A stretch of 64,000 nucleotides of DNA from Octopus bimaculoides (taxonomy: Eukaryota). The stretch is taken from NCBI RefSeq assembly GCF_001194135.2, contig NC_068984.1:92760336-92824335 (forward strand). Reading direction: 5' to 3'. Of the stretch, positions 1-11,039 are shown in pieces. A program made the position numbers and the translations under genes. The notes below the pieces were generated by a model that did not search any database, was not told the origin of the DNA, and saw only the letters and a list, made by a program, of their open reading frames with translations. Positions within the stretch are counted from its first letter, which is position 1. Every line of letters begins with the position of its first letter.

Positions 1-40
1 TGTATGTAAGTATATGTGTGTGTGTATCTATATGCGTATC

Positions 41-255
41 TTTTTACTCTTTTACTCTTTCACTTGTTTCAGTCATTTGACTGCAGCCATGCTGGAGCAC
101 CACCTTTAGTCGAGCAAATCAACCCCCGGACTTATTCTGTGGAAGCCTAGTACTTATTCTATTGGTCTCTTTTGCCGAACCGCTAAGTGACGGGGACATA
201 AACACACCAGCATCGGTTGTCAAGCAATGCTAGGGGGACAAACACAGACACACAA

Positions 256-286
<31 letters not shown>

Positions 287-449
287 CATATATACGACGA
301 GCTTCTTTCAGTTTCCGTTTACCAAATCCACTCACAAGGCTTTGGTCGACCCAAGGCTGTAGTAGAAGACACTTGCCCAAGATGCCACGCAGTGGGACTG
401 AACCCGGAACCATGTGGTTGGTAAGTAACCTACTTACCACACAGCCACT
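41..449 (-). mobile_element. tRNA-derived SINE, full length, with internal (TA)n(TG)n
   Basis: Minus strand: A-box-like TGGCTGTGTGGT, B-box-like GGTTCAGTCCC, ttgggcaagtgtcttctac body, internal microsatellite, (GAGTAAAA)n tail; many homologous pieces in the window. Confidence 0.85.
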
Positions 450-469
450 GATTATACACATTTATGTCA

Positions 470-800
470 ACACTACTTGTATAAATACAAGATTAACTCC
501 CCTTTATAGTCCCATTATAAATAAAACATTCCTCTCCAATTTTTATCGGATTTAAATCATCTTATTATCTCCCAATTTTATANNNNNNNNNNNTTTATAC
601 TCTAAATTTTCTTTTTTTCTTTCCTTCTTTTCTTCCCTTCTTGTCCAACGTACTGTCTAGTAGCGTTCCAACCTCCAACGGCTTTTTCAAATAAATTACG
701 TAACAATCTTCTCGAGCTACAGTTCTCATATTCGGTTAAAAAGTCTTACTGTTAAGCTGGTTCCCATGCATTTCCCTGAAGAGAAGATTACATTCTTATC
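470..800 (+). mobile_element. PLE pseudo-LTR-like repeat, family A, with hammerhead start cut by an N gap
   Basis: Homologous to the reverse complement of 18600-18850; ends catttcc-CTGAAGA-GAAGATtaca (core C at 776). Confidence 0.7.
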
Positions 801-900
801 NNNNNNNNNNNNNNNNNNNNNNNNNNNNNNNNNNNNNNNNNNNNNNNNNNNNNNNNNNNNNNNNNNNNNNNNNNNNNNNNNNNNNNNNNNNNNNNNNNNN

Positions 901-940
901 AGCGGACGTTAAACGATGATGATGATGATGATGATAATGA
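901..940 (+). mobile_element. RTE LINE 3' tail
   Basis: agcggacgttaaac(gat)n, matching the other RTE tails. Confidence 0.75.
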
Positions 941-1299
941 TATATATATACATAATATTTAGATTTAGGTGTATATGGTATTTAAGTTTAGACACTAGAA
1001 ATAAGTATGGGTTTATCCAGTTTCAAAATATGTTGATTAAAATCAAAATAAGCATGAAGGATATCCAAAGTTAATGCAATACGATCATTTCATGTGACTC
1101 CATTTATTTAAGTAATGTGAACATTACATCAAATGTAAAATGCAGAGCAATCCTCAGCTGCACAAAGATATAGAAATTTTATGAAATTACATTTCAACAG
1201 AAGGACATATCTTTATAACTACGTTTCAACTCTCCAAGTAGAAAGGAAGAATACAAAAAAAAAACATTTTGACTTAGCCAGACCTTACAGGCTAGTAAA

Positions 1300-1475
1300 T
1301 AATTCTGAGCAGATTTTTATTGATAGGTCACAGAAAGTCTGTCAATAGCCAGCTGGAGAAGGTGTTTTCCTGGGGCTACAAGCTACAGTAGCATTCACCC
1401 TTAGCGGTTAGCCACATTTAAGTGGCAAATATATTTCATGTTGTTGTGCAGCTACTGTTTATAGCTCTTTCAGAA
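1300..1475 (+). mobile_element. diverged partial copy of the retrozyme-like family of 32364-32919
   Basis: gtcaatagccagctggagaaggtgttttcctggggcta...catttaagtggcaaatat aligns to the reverse complement of 32765-32920; ends in (TA)n. Confidence 0.7.
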
Positions 1476-1498
1476 ATATATATATAGATACATATAAG

Positions 1499-1532
<34 letters not shown>

Positions 1533-2435
1533 NNNNNNNNNNNNNNNNNNNNNNNNNNNNNNNNNNNNNNNNNNNNNNNNNNNNNNNNNNNNNNNNNNNN
1601 NNNNNNNNNNNNNNNNNNNNNNNNNNNNNNNNNNNNNNNNNNNNNNNNNNNNNNNNNNNNNNNNNNNNNNNNNNNNNNNNNNNNNNNNNNNNNNNNNNNN
1701 NNNNNNNNNNNNNNNNNNNNNNNNNNNNNNNNNNNNNNNNNNNNNNNNNNNNNNNNNNNNNNNNNNNNNNNNNNNNNNNNNNNNNNNNNNNNNNNNNNNN
1801 NNNNNNNNNNNNNNNNNNNNNNNNNNNNNNNNNNNNNNNNNNNNNNNNNNNNNNNNNNNNNNNNNNNNNNNNNNNNNNNNNNNNNNNNNNNNNNNNNNNN
1901 NNNNNNNNNNNNNNNNNNNNNNNNNNNNNNNNNNNNNNNNNNNNNNNNNNNNNNNNNNNNNNNNNNNNNNNNNNNNNNNNNNNNNNNNNNNNNNNNNNNN
2001 NNNNNNNNNNNNNNNNNNNNNNNNNNNNNNNNNNNNNNNNNNNNNNNNNNNNNNNNNNNNNNNNNNNNNNNNNNNNNNNNNNNNNNNNNNNNNNNNNNNN
2101 NNNNNNNNNNNNNNNNNNNNNNNNNNNNNNNNNNNNNNNNNNNNNNNNNNNNNNNNNNNNNNNNNNNNNNNNNNNNNNNNNNNNNNNNNNNNNNNNNNNN
2201 NNNNNNNNNNNNNNNNNNNNNNNNNNNNNNNNNNNNNNNNNNNNNNNNNNNNNNNNNNNNNNNNNNNNNNNNNNNNNNNNNNNNNNNNNNNNNNNNNNNN
2301 NNNNNNNNNNNNNNNNNNNNNNNNNNNNNNNNNNNNNNNNNNNNNNNNNNNNNNNNNNNNNNNNNNNNNNNNNNNNNNNNNNNNNNNNNNNNNNNNNNNN
2401 NNNNNNNNNNNNNNNNNNNNNNNNNNNNNNNNNNN

Positions 2436-2476
<41 letters not shown>

Positions 2477-3064
2477 ATATATATATACCATATATATTTA
2501 TATATATAATAAAAGGGTAAAATTGATTAATTAATAAGTTTACCAAGTAGATTGGTACGTTAAAATAACCATTATAGGTAAAATTATACAAATATTCTAT
2601 AATTATAATTAGGTGTGAGATAATTGCTTGACCACATACCGAATTTAGAAAAAGGAGTTTAAAATTTCTTTTCTACTACCGTAAGAATCTCCCAGATAGT
2701 AACACGTTTTAACATAGGTAAAAAGAAAAACAATGAATCCAGAAGACTCCAATTAGCCACATACACGTTTTGAGATTAAAGTTTGTTTACTTACCAATTT
2801 CTCATCATCACTAGCATTCTGTATATAAAATTTGAAAGTGCTAGTGTTAAATATATACATGATTGAGCGTGATCACGCAACAGATATCCAACCAACTCTT
2901 CCAAAATTTATACAGCTGAATGTGAATACATATTTATCCCTTGTACGCATGTGTATGTTACGAGCAATACCACAGAAATTGCAATATTTTAATCAGGGAG
3001 TAAATTATAATTTCAGTATTAATAATAAAAGGGTAAAATTAATTAAATTTAAATGCTACCAGCA

Positions 3065-3725
3065 TCCAAAACTGAATATGAAACTTACATGGTACACTGG
3101 TCCACAGGGAATTTCAATCCCAGAGCCTAAATCAGTGAGGAGCCTGTGTATCGATATGAGTGATGATACCTCTTTCCAAGTGCACATTACCAGGATGGTG
3201 ACAAAATGCAGTCGACTGACTGAATGGATCCTGAGAACATTCAGAATTAGAGATAAGGAAACCATGATGGTCCTCTGGAGGACATTCGTCTTCAGCTGCC
3301 TGGATTACTGCTTCCAGCTATTGTCACCCAATAGTGTGAAATTAACAGCGGACCTTGAAGCAATCCAGATAAGATTCACAAAGAAGATTGTCTCTTTGCA
3401 ACAGCTCAGCTTCTGGGAAAGGCTGAAACTCTACTCCCTGGAGTGAAGGCAGGAGAGGTGTTGAGTAATGTACATCTGGAAGATTCTGGAAGGAATTGTG
3501 CCAAATTTTGGCATTGAAAGCTATACCAATGCCAGAATGGGTTGATGCTGCACAGTGCCAAAGATCCCAGCAATGCCATTGCACTTCAGGACCAGTTACT
3601 GCAACAGCCTGGGTTTCAAGAGCCTACAACATTTTAATACTCTCCCAAAGGGCCTGAGGAACCTACACAAAGTGGATGTAGGTGTTTTCAAATCAAAATT
3701 GGACCCCTTGTTGGCGAGAGTTCCA
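3065..3725 (+). mobile_element. CR1/L2-group LINE ORF2 C-terminal fragment
   Basis: WILRTFRIRDKETMMVLWRTFVFSCLDYCFQLLSP, LEAIQIRFTKKI, ERLKLYSLE, FNTLPKGLRNL, FKSKLDPLLARVP; stops and frameshifts. Confidence 0.8.
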
Positions 3726-5875
3726 TGGAGACGCCACTATGAAAGGTTGCTAAATAAAGAGAATGAATGGGAGAAAGAGAGCCTGCCGAATGCCGACCCA
3801 ACAGAGGGACCAGCTATCCGAATTGATAGTACCTTGGTAGATAAAGCAATTAAGAGTATGAAGACAGAGACAACCCCTGGCCCATCAAGAATCACTGCAG
3901 AGATGCTCAAAATATCTGGCAGTGTCAGCTATAGCCTACACGAAGGAGTCATATCCAATGACTGTTGTAGCAGCACTATAGTCAACTGCTATAAAGGTAA
4001 ATGTGACGCATTAGTTACAAATAATTACAGAGGTATCAAGTTGTTAAATCAGGTAATGAAAGTCACCGAGAGGGTCATAGCCCAACAAATTAGAGAGAGA
4101 GTCAGTTTAGATAAGATGCAGTTTGGGTTCATGCCAGGGAAAAGCACCACTGATGCTATATTTCTGGTAAGAAAGCTGCAGGAGAAATACCTAGCCAAAG
4201 ATAAACCCCTGTACCTGGCTTTCGTTGACATGGAGAAAGCTTTTGACAGGGTCCCCAGCTCCCTTATCTGGTGGACAATGAGGAAACTAGGGATAGATGA
4301 ATGGTTAGTGAGAGCTGTGCGAGCCATGTACAGGGACGCTGTCAGTAAGGTGAGGGTTTGCAACGAGTACAGTGAAGAATTCCAGGTAGAGGTAGGGGTC
4401 CACCAAGGTTCAGTCCTCAGCCCCCTCCTATTTATCATAATCCTCCAGGCAGTAACACAGAAATTCAAGACAGGATGCCCCTGGGAGCTCCTCTATGCTG
4501 ATGACCAGCAATAGCTGAGTCACTATCAGAACTAGAGAAGCAAGGATTAGAATCGAAGGGCCTTAGAGTCAACCTAGCTAAAACCAAAGTCCTAATAAGT
4601 AGGAAGGCAGACAAATCACAAATCCCTTCAGGTAGATGGCCCTGCTCGATATGTAGAAAAGGCAGAAACTCTATAAGATGTACCCAGTGTAAAGCTATGG
4701 ACATATAAGAGGTGCAGCAATATCAAAGGAAGGTTAACTAGGGAGATAGTTTTTGTATGTGGCAGATGCTCAGGACCAATAAACACTGAAAATGTGTAGA
4801 GAACAACTTCTGTCACATTCCAGGGAGAAAAACTAGAAGCAGTTGACAGCTTCCATTACCTAGGGGACCAAGTCAGTAGCTGGGGTGGTTTCTCTGAAAG
4901 TGTAGCTGCTATAATAAGAATAGCCCGGGCAATGTTCAGAGATCTCCTACCTCTGCTGGTGACAAAGGGCCTCTCGCTCAGAGTAAAAGGTAGACTGTAT
5001 GAACAGCCATGCTACATGGCAGTGAAACATGGGCCGTGACTGCTGAGGACATGCATAAACTTGCAAGGAATGAAGTTAGTATGCTCCGCTGGATGTGTAA
5101 TGTCAGTGAGCATACACGACAGAGTGTAAGCACCTCAAGAGAAAATTTAGACCTAAGAAGCATCAGATGTGGTATGCAAGAGAGAGGACTGCGCTGGTAT
5201 GGTCATGTGGTGTGAATGAATGAGGACAGCTGTGTGAAAAAGTGTCACACCCTAGCAGTTGAGGGAATCTGTGGAAGTGGTAGACCCAAGAAGACCTGAG
5301 ATGAGGTACTGAAGCATGACCTTCGAACATTGGGCCTCACTGAGGCAATGACTAGTGACCAAGACATTTGGAGATATGCTGTGAGAAAACCCGGGAAGCC
5401 AAGTGAGACCATAAACCATGGCCTATGCCAGCAGTGTAACCAGCCCACTTATGCGTACCTTTCTTTTGTTGGACACTATACTTTGCTTGTGAAGACCTGT
5501 TGAGGCAAGTGAAATCAAATTCGCTGATGTGGTCGATGACAGCACCGCCTGACTGGCACTTGTGTGGGTGGCCTGTGGAGAACAACATTTGAGAGGTCAT
5601 TGCCAGTGCTGCTGGACTGGCTCCTGTGCAGGTGGCACATAAAAAAACACCATTTGAGAATGGTCGTTGCCTGTACTGCCTGACTAGCCCTCGTGCCATT
5701 GGCACATAAAAGCCTCCACTACACTCTCAGAGTGATTGGTGTTAGGAAGGGCATCCAGCTGTAGAAACTCTGCCAGATCAGATTGGAGCCTGGTGCAGCC
5801 ATCTGGCTTGCCAGTCATCAGTCAAACCGTCCAACCCAGCATGGAAAGCAGATGTTAAACGATGATGATGATGAT
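3726..5875 (+). mobile_element. 5'-truncated RTE LINE
   Basis: RT motifs NYRGIKLL, QFGFMPGKST, FVDMEKAFDRV, GVHQGSVLSP, LLYADD; 3' UTR ending (GAT)n. Confidence 0.92.
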
Positions 5876-6076
5876 ATATCATTTATATATTATCATATAT
5901 ATATACATATATATGTGAATATAAATAAAAAAAAAGAAAGAAAAGGGTTACATCTGTCAGACGGGGAGGCATGAAAGTATACTAGCTCTTATATATTTAA
6001 TACTCTATTTAAAACTCAATATTTCATATATTCAATAAGACATTCAGTAGTTCATTTCATTTTACTATTTATATTA

Positions 6077-7626
6077 TACTAGCAGTATAACCTGACCTTG
6101 TCCGGGTTTGACTTATTACGCCATCTACGATAAGTCTTGCTAGGTGAAAATCAACTAAAAAAGAAAGACTTACAACGAAAAAACCCTTATGATGTAAATA
6201 TGTTCATTATTCAAAAGACGATGAAATTAATAGGGAAAGTCTGAAGGCTGTTTTGCGTAACATTATTAAGCGTACGTAAATTTCATCTGTCTAATTGGCT
6301 ATAGAAATGCTTGTGCAAAAGAACTTTTTGCACTGCCCTGATTATACATAGCAGGGTAATCCCTTTTCGCAGGTGCTAGGACGGCAATTTGTGATGAAGC
6401 AGTTGCTGGTGATCTGTTGCTACACAGTTTTGCCAGAATGCTATCAGATTGGGCAGAAGATGTTGATGCACCATTTTGCATTATGTTCAAAGTAGCTTCT
6501 GGAATGTGGTGAATTGCTGCAGTTTGTTGCTGTCATTTTAAACCAGCTGCTGTCTTTCCCAAGCAAACTCTCTTTTTTGGAGGCATAATCTATGTACATA
6601 TTAAACAGAACAACAAAAGTTATAATAGATGGCAGGGTTGGTACTTTTCACATATCTGTAATTTTTCAGATTAACACCTGCACGATTACCCAACCCTAAT
6701 CCTAACACTAACCCTAAACCCTAACCCTAAAACCCTAATCCTGACCCTAAAACCGTAACACTAATCCTAACCCTAACCGTAACCCTAACCCTAAACCTGA
6801 CCCTAAAGCCCTAACCCTAACACCCCAGTGAAAATCGTGGTATATTTACAAAACATTGACGAACATGAGTTATATTTTACTGACTGATTGTGTACTTGCA
6901 CGTGTATGCGTTTGGAAGTTAAGAGGAATTTAAGTGGAATTTCCGAAAATTGTCCCCCACCCCCACCCAAAACACTTTCACCGAAAATTTTTGTGTATTC
7001 GGAATCTAGATAATAGATAATATATGCATAGAAAATTTCATTAAAAAATATTCATTTTTCTGAAAGTTATGACCTTCCAAAGTTGGCGGGTACAACTCTG
7101 TAGTTATACCACATTGACGAACATGGGTTATATTTTTGTGAATGATTGCGTTTGAGAGAGCGAGAGGGAAAGAGGGAAAGAAAGGAATAGATAATGTGAG
7201 CAATGTGTATGTTGTCACAGATTACGTGTGTGGTTGTGTGTGTTTTTACGTATCTATGTTATGAAAAATAGGTAAAGACTACTGAGATGAAAGTTTAATT
7301 TATGACTATGTATGTATCACTTTCTCTCTCTCTCCCTCTCCCTCTTTTACTCTTACTCTCTATATTTTTATGTTGAGCACGTGTGTAAGATCGGCGTTCC
7401 AGGTAGAAGGAAAGAAATATAAAAGTTGCTAGAAACAATAGCCAAATCTCCCTTAAATCACACAAAGTAAACGGAATTTTAAAAATCTAATTACTGCACT
7501 AGAAAGTTCACATCGAGAAAATTCCATTGATGTAAAAATTTTTACGAAAAAGTGGAAAATGTGGATTCTATAAACTTTCAAAAAGGCTTCACACAGATAC
7601 AGAACTTCAGCTTTATATATTAAGAT
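6077..7626 (+). mobile_element. Helentron/HINE (DINE-1/Lep1-like) non-autonomous element with telomere-like tract
   Basis: 5' end tactagcagtataacctgaccttgtccggg, 3' end cacacagatacagaacttcagctttatatattaagat; homologous to 50470-51696 (-); CCCTAA-like tract 6688-6827; class assigned from terminal motifs only. Confidence 0.6.
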
Positions 7627-8358
7627 ATGTATTGTGGTTTTGTGTCTGTGTTTGTCCCCCACCACAGCTGTGTTTAAGTTCACATAAATTAGTAGTTCGG
7701 TAAAAGAGGCCAGTGAAAACATACCAGGCATAAAAAGAGGATGAACTGGTGTTGATTTGTTTGTTTAGAATTCTTTAAGGCGGTGCCTTAACCAGTAAAT
7801 TACTTAGTAAAACTTAAAGCTAAGGGAGTTAACTCTTGTACTATGGCATTGAAACCTCTCACCATCACTTTACTTGCTAGAAATAGCAACCCAATTGCTT
7901 TTAAATCAGATCTGAATGCTGGATGTTCAAGAACCAAATGAAGGGCAAATTGTCAATCCAGGGATCATCCTGATTCCAAAAAGGTATATGTCTATGTAGA
8001 GCAAATGTAGACCAAGCTACAGGGGTCCCAGATGAACAGACAGAATTTCACTTTTATTAATATAGATAGATGATTTGTTGTAAAAATTCTTATTGAATAA
8101 TGCAATTGAAGTTATAGATATGTTTGTGTGGAGGTACAATTGTGCACATATTTTTTTCTTTTTCATTTTTTTAATATTGTTTTATGTTATGTACATATTT
8201 TTGGAAATATGTATGAATGCATGAATTAAAATTTTTTTTGGTAATATTGGAAAATACATTTTTGTTCTTTCTCTTGTCAGAAATCTTGTCGTGTAACATG
8301 ATAGTTGTTTTTACATTGCAAATTCTGTATTATGAGTATTGTTTTATATTACTTTCAG

Positions 8359-8405
8359 GACATGTTAAAGTTGTCCGTGCCGTCTATAATTACAGTGCAC
8401 AAAGA
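8359..8405 (+). CDS. OSTF1: OSTF1 coding exon (SH3 start, 47 nt)
   Basis: tttcag|GA CAT GTT...CAA AGA|gtaagt; encodes (G)HVKVVRAVYNYSAQR. Confidence 0.9.
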
Positions 8406-8734
8406 GTAAGTATTAAATTTTGTATGTTTATATGTGCATGAATGTGTATTTACCTTTCTAAGTCTGTCTGTGCAGATGCTCATGTATGTTTAATCATGTG
8501 TCTGTTTGCGCACGCTCATGAATTAGCCTTGTATGTATACATATATTTATGTGGGCATGTTTATACATGTTCATGCATATATCAGTGTGTGTGTGTAGAA
8601 ACCAAAACTTTGTGAGTAGACACCTAAACTTTGTGAGTCTACTTTGGTAGACACAAACTGAAAGATGCCCATCATGTGTACATATAACATATATGTTAGA
8701 ATAAGAATAGGATTAAAAAAAACATTCAAAGAAC

Positions 8735-9195
8735 TTTACCTCTGTTGGAAAGTCAAAGGTTTCTCTCTCCTAATAAAAGGAAGATTGTAGGATGTTTGTG
8801 TATGAACTGCAGTGCTACATGGTAAGGAGATGTGAACCCTAAATGCAGAGGACATGCGAAGACTAGAGGGGAATGAAGTTTGTACGTTCTGTTCGATGTG
8901 CAATGTTAGTGTACATGTACAAAAGAGTGCTAGTATATTGAGAGAAAAGTTAGTCATAAGAGGAATTAGATGTGATGTGCAATGGAGTAGACTGTGTTGG
9001 TTCAGTCATGTGATGAATAGTTGCATAAAGAAGTGCTGATCACTTAAAGTGGATGGAACTTGTAGAAGAGGAAGACCCAGGAAAGCACAAGACAACGTAT
9101 TGAGGGCTGATTTCAAGATGTTGAACCCTAAGGAGGAGATGACAACGGACCAAGATAACTGCCACCTTGCTGTACTTGAGAAAACCCTATCACTA
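8735..9195 (+). mobile_element. degenerate RTE LINE C-terminal fragment
   Basis: Aligns by eye to the LSLRVKGRLY...RWMCNVS...GRPRK segment of the other copies. Confidence 0.7.
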
Positions 9196-9762
9196 CAACA
9201 GAATTGATATTCTAAAACCACCTTCTTAAATGCTTGTACATGTGAAACTCTCATAATCCTTAAAATGTTGGATTGTTATAATGCTCACTTCAGTATACAG
9301 TATACTTAGTAAAACCAGTAAAGACATGACTATCTCTGACTACCCACTACGTACTCTGGTATTTCATGTACTTCTCTTTACTTATAGTGACTAGGTTATT
9401 CTATTCATCATGTGGGAGAGGTGTACCATTATTACTAATTCCCTTCAACATCTCCCCTTTTAAGTTTTTCTTAGAAAGTGTCATCTTAGTGAGCAATAAT
9501 TTTTTTATATCCACCCCACCTCCCTTTATTTTTGTACAATTTAATATTTTTGCACTTGGTATCTATTTTCAGGAACTCTGTATGTTTTCTTTTCCTCTCA
9601 CTTGTACGCCTGGGTTCAATCACCTCTTCATTTAGCAACCTTTCATAGTGGCATCTTGTATATATGTATGTATATATATATACATGTATGTGTGTGTATA
9701 TATATATATAAATAAATAAATAAATAAATGGAGTTAAACACAGGTGTTATTGAAATTCTTTT

Positions 9763-9851
9763 ACTTCCAACACATGTTTCAAGGATATCATTGGTATTAT
9801 TCCAGAGGAATAAAATGGTATAAAACAATGTAATCTTCTCTTCAGGGAAAT
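9763..9851 (-). ncRNA. hammerhead ribozyme copy, slightly decayed, GUU site
   Basis: Mirror of 9893-9980; stem II has one mismatch and one wobble; triplet GTT. Confidence 0.65.
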
Positions 9852-9892
9852 GAAGAAATAAAAGAGACCTTATTGACGAGTTTTATTTCTTC

Positions 9893-9980
9893 ATTTCCCT
9901 GAAGAGAAGATTACATTGTTTTACACCATTTTATTCCTTGGAATAATACCAAGGATATCTTCGAAACATGTGTCGGAAGT
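9893..9980 (+). ncRNA. type I minimal hammerhead ribozyme, intact core, GUC site
   Basis: Stem I ATTTCC/GGAAGT, CTGAAGA 9899-9905, stem II GAAGAT/ATCTTC, GAAA 9963-9966, stem III C-ATGT-G, cleavage after GTC at 9974. Confidence 0.85.
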
Positions 9981-10465
9981 AAAAGAATTTGAATAACACC
10001 TGCATTTAACTCCATTTATTTATTTATATATATTATACAAAATATTTCACTTAAACCCAGAATTTCTACCTTTAAAAACAAGGTGTTACGCCCTTTTTAC
10101 CTGTGTGATTTTTTGCTACCCTGGTAACTATTTATCTATTTTTTCCGTGTTAATTGTAAACAAGGGAAAAATACACACATCTATTTATATANNNNNNNNN
10201 NNNNNNNNNNNNNNNNNNNNNNNNNNNNNNNNNNNNNNNNNNNNNNNNNNNNNNNNNNNNNNNNNNNNNNNNNNNNNNNNNNNNNNNNNNNNNNNNNNNN
10301 NNNNNNNNNNNNNNNNNNNNNNNNNNNNNNNNNNNNNNNNNNNNNNNNNNNNNNNNNNNNNNNNNNNNNNNNNNNNNNNNNNNNNNNNNNNNNNNNNNNN
10401 NNNNNNNNNNNNNNNNNNNNNNNNNNNNNNNNNNNNNNNNNNNNNNNNNNNNNNNNNNNNNNNNN

Positions 10466-10779
10466 CCCGGGAAGACCTGGGCTGAGGTGGTGAGGCAAGA
10501 CCTTCGAACATTGGGCCTCACCGAGGCGATGACTACTGACCGAGACCTTTGGAAATGTGCTGTGCGTGAGAAGACCCGGCAAGCCAAGTGAGATCGTTGC
10601 CAGTGCCCCTGGACTGGCCTTCGTGCGGGTGACACGTAAAAGCACCCACTACACTCTCTGCCAAATTAGATTGGAGCCTGGTGTTGCCATCCGGTTTCAC
10701 CAGTCCTCAGTCAAATCGTCCAACCCATGCTAGCATGGAAAGCGGACGTTAAACGATGATGATGATGATGATGATGATG
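10466..10779 (+). mobile_element. RTE LINE 3' end
   Basis: PGKTWAEVVRQDLRTLGLTEAMTTDRDLWK, then 3' UTR and (GAT)n. Confidence 0.88.
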
Positions 10780-10957
10780 TATATATATGTCTATATATAT
10801 GTATATGTATATGTATGTGCATGTATATATCTATATTTGTGTGTGTGTGTGTGTGTGTGTGTGTATAAATATATGTGTATGTATACAGTGTTTGAAGTGG
10901 TGTCCAGATATTGTATATTAAGAAAAAGAATTATTCAAAATTCTGACTGCCTCCTTT

Positions 10958-11023
<66 letters not shown>

Positions 11024-11039
11024 CAAAATTTTAAGATTT

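Larger units (their letters stand above)
9704..10032. repeat. long inverted repeat (about 150-160 bp arms, 17-nt spacer 9864-9880) made of two family A pLTR ends
   Basis: Left arm 9704-9863 is the near-exact reverse complement of 9881-10032. Confidence 0.92.

Noticed and set aside
360-449. tRNA genes
   Set aside because: A/B-box heads run straight into SINE bodies and no cloverleaf was evident
1436-2591. Long ORFs spanning N runs (also 10105, 16038, 42426, 44259, 49344)
   Set aside because: Open only because N codons contain no stops
2755-2815. Possible minus-strand hammerhead (atgatgaga...tctcaaaacgtgta)
   Set aside because: Both core boxes are mutated and stem I is not supported; at best a fossil
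6688-6827. True telomere or chromosome fusion scar
   Set aside because: Short, degenerate and embedded in a dispersed repeat with homologous flanks at 50920-51095
7915-7990. Candidate OSTF1 first coding exon
   Set aside because: No proline-rich N-terminus, wrong phase for the phase-1 acceptor at 8359 and a weak donor; exon 1 is probably upstream or in a gap
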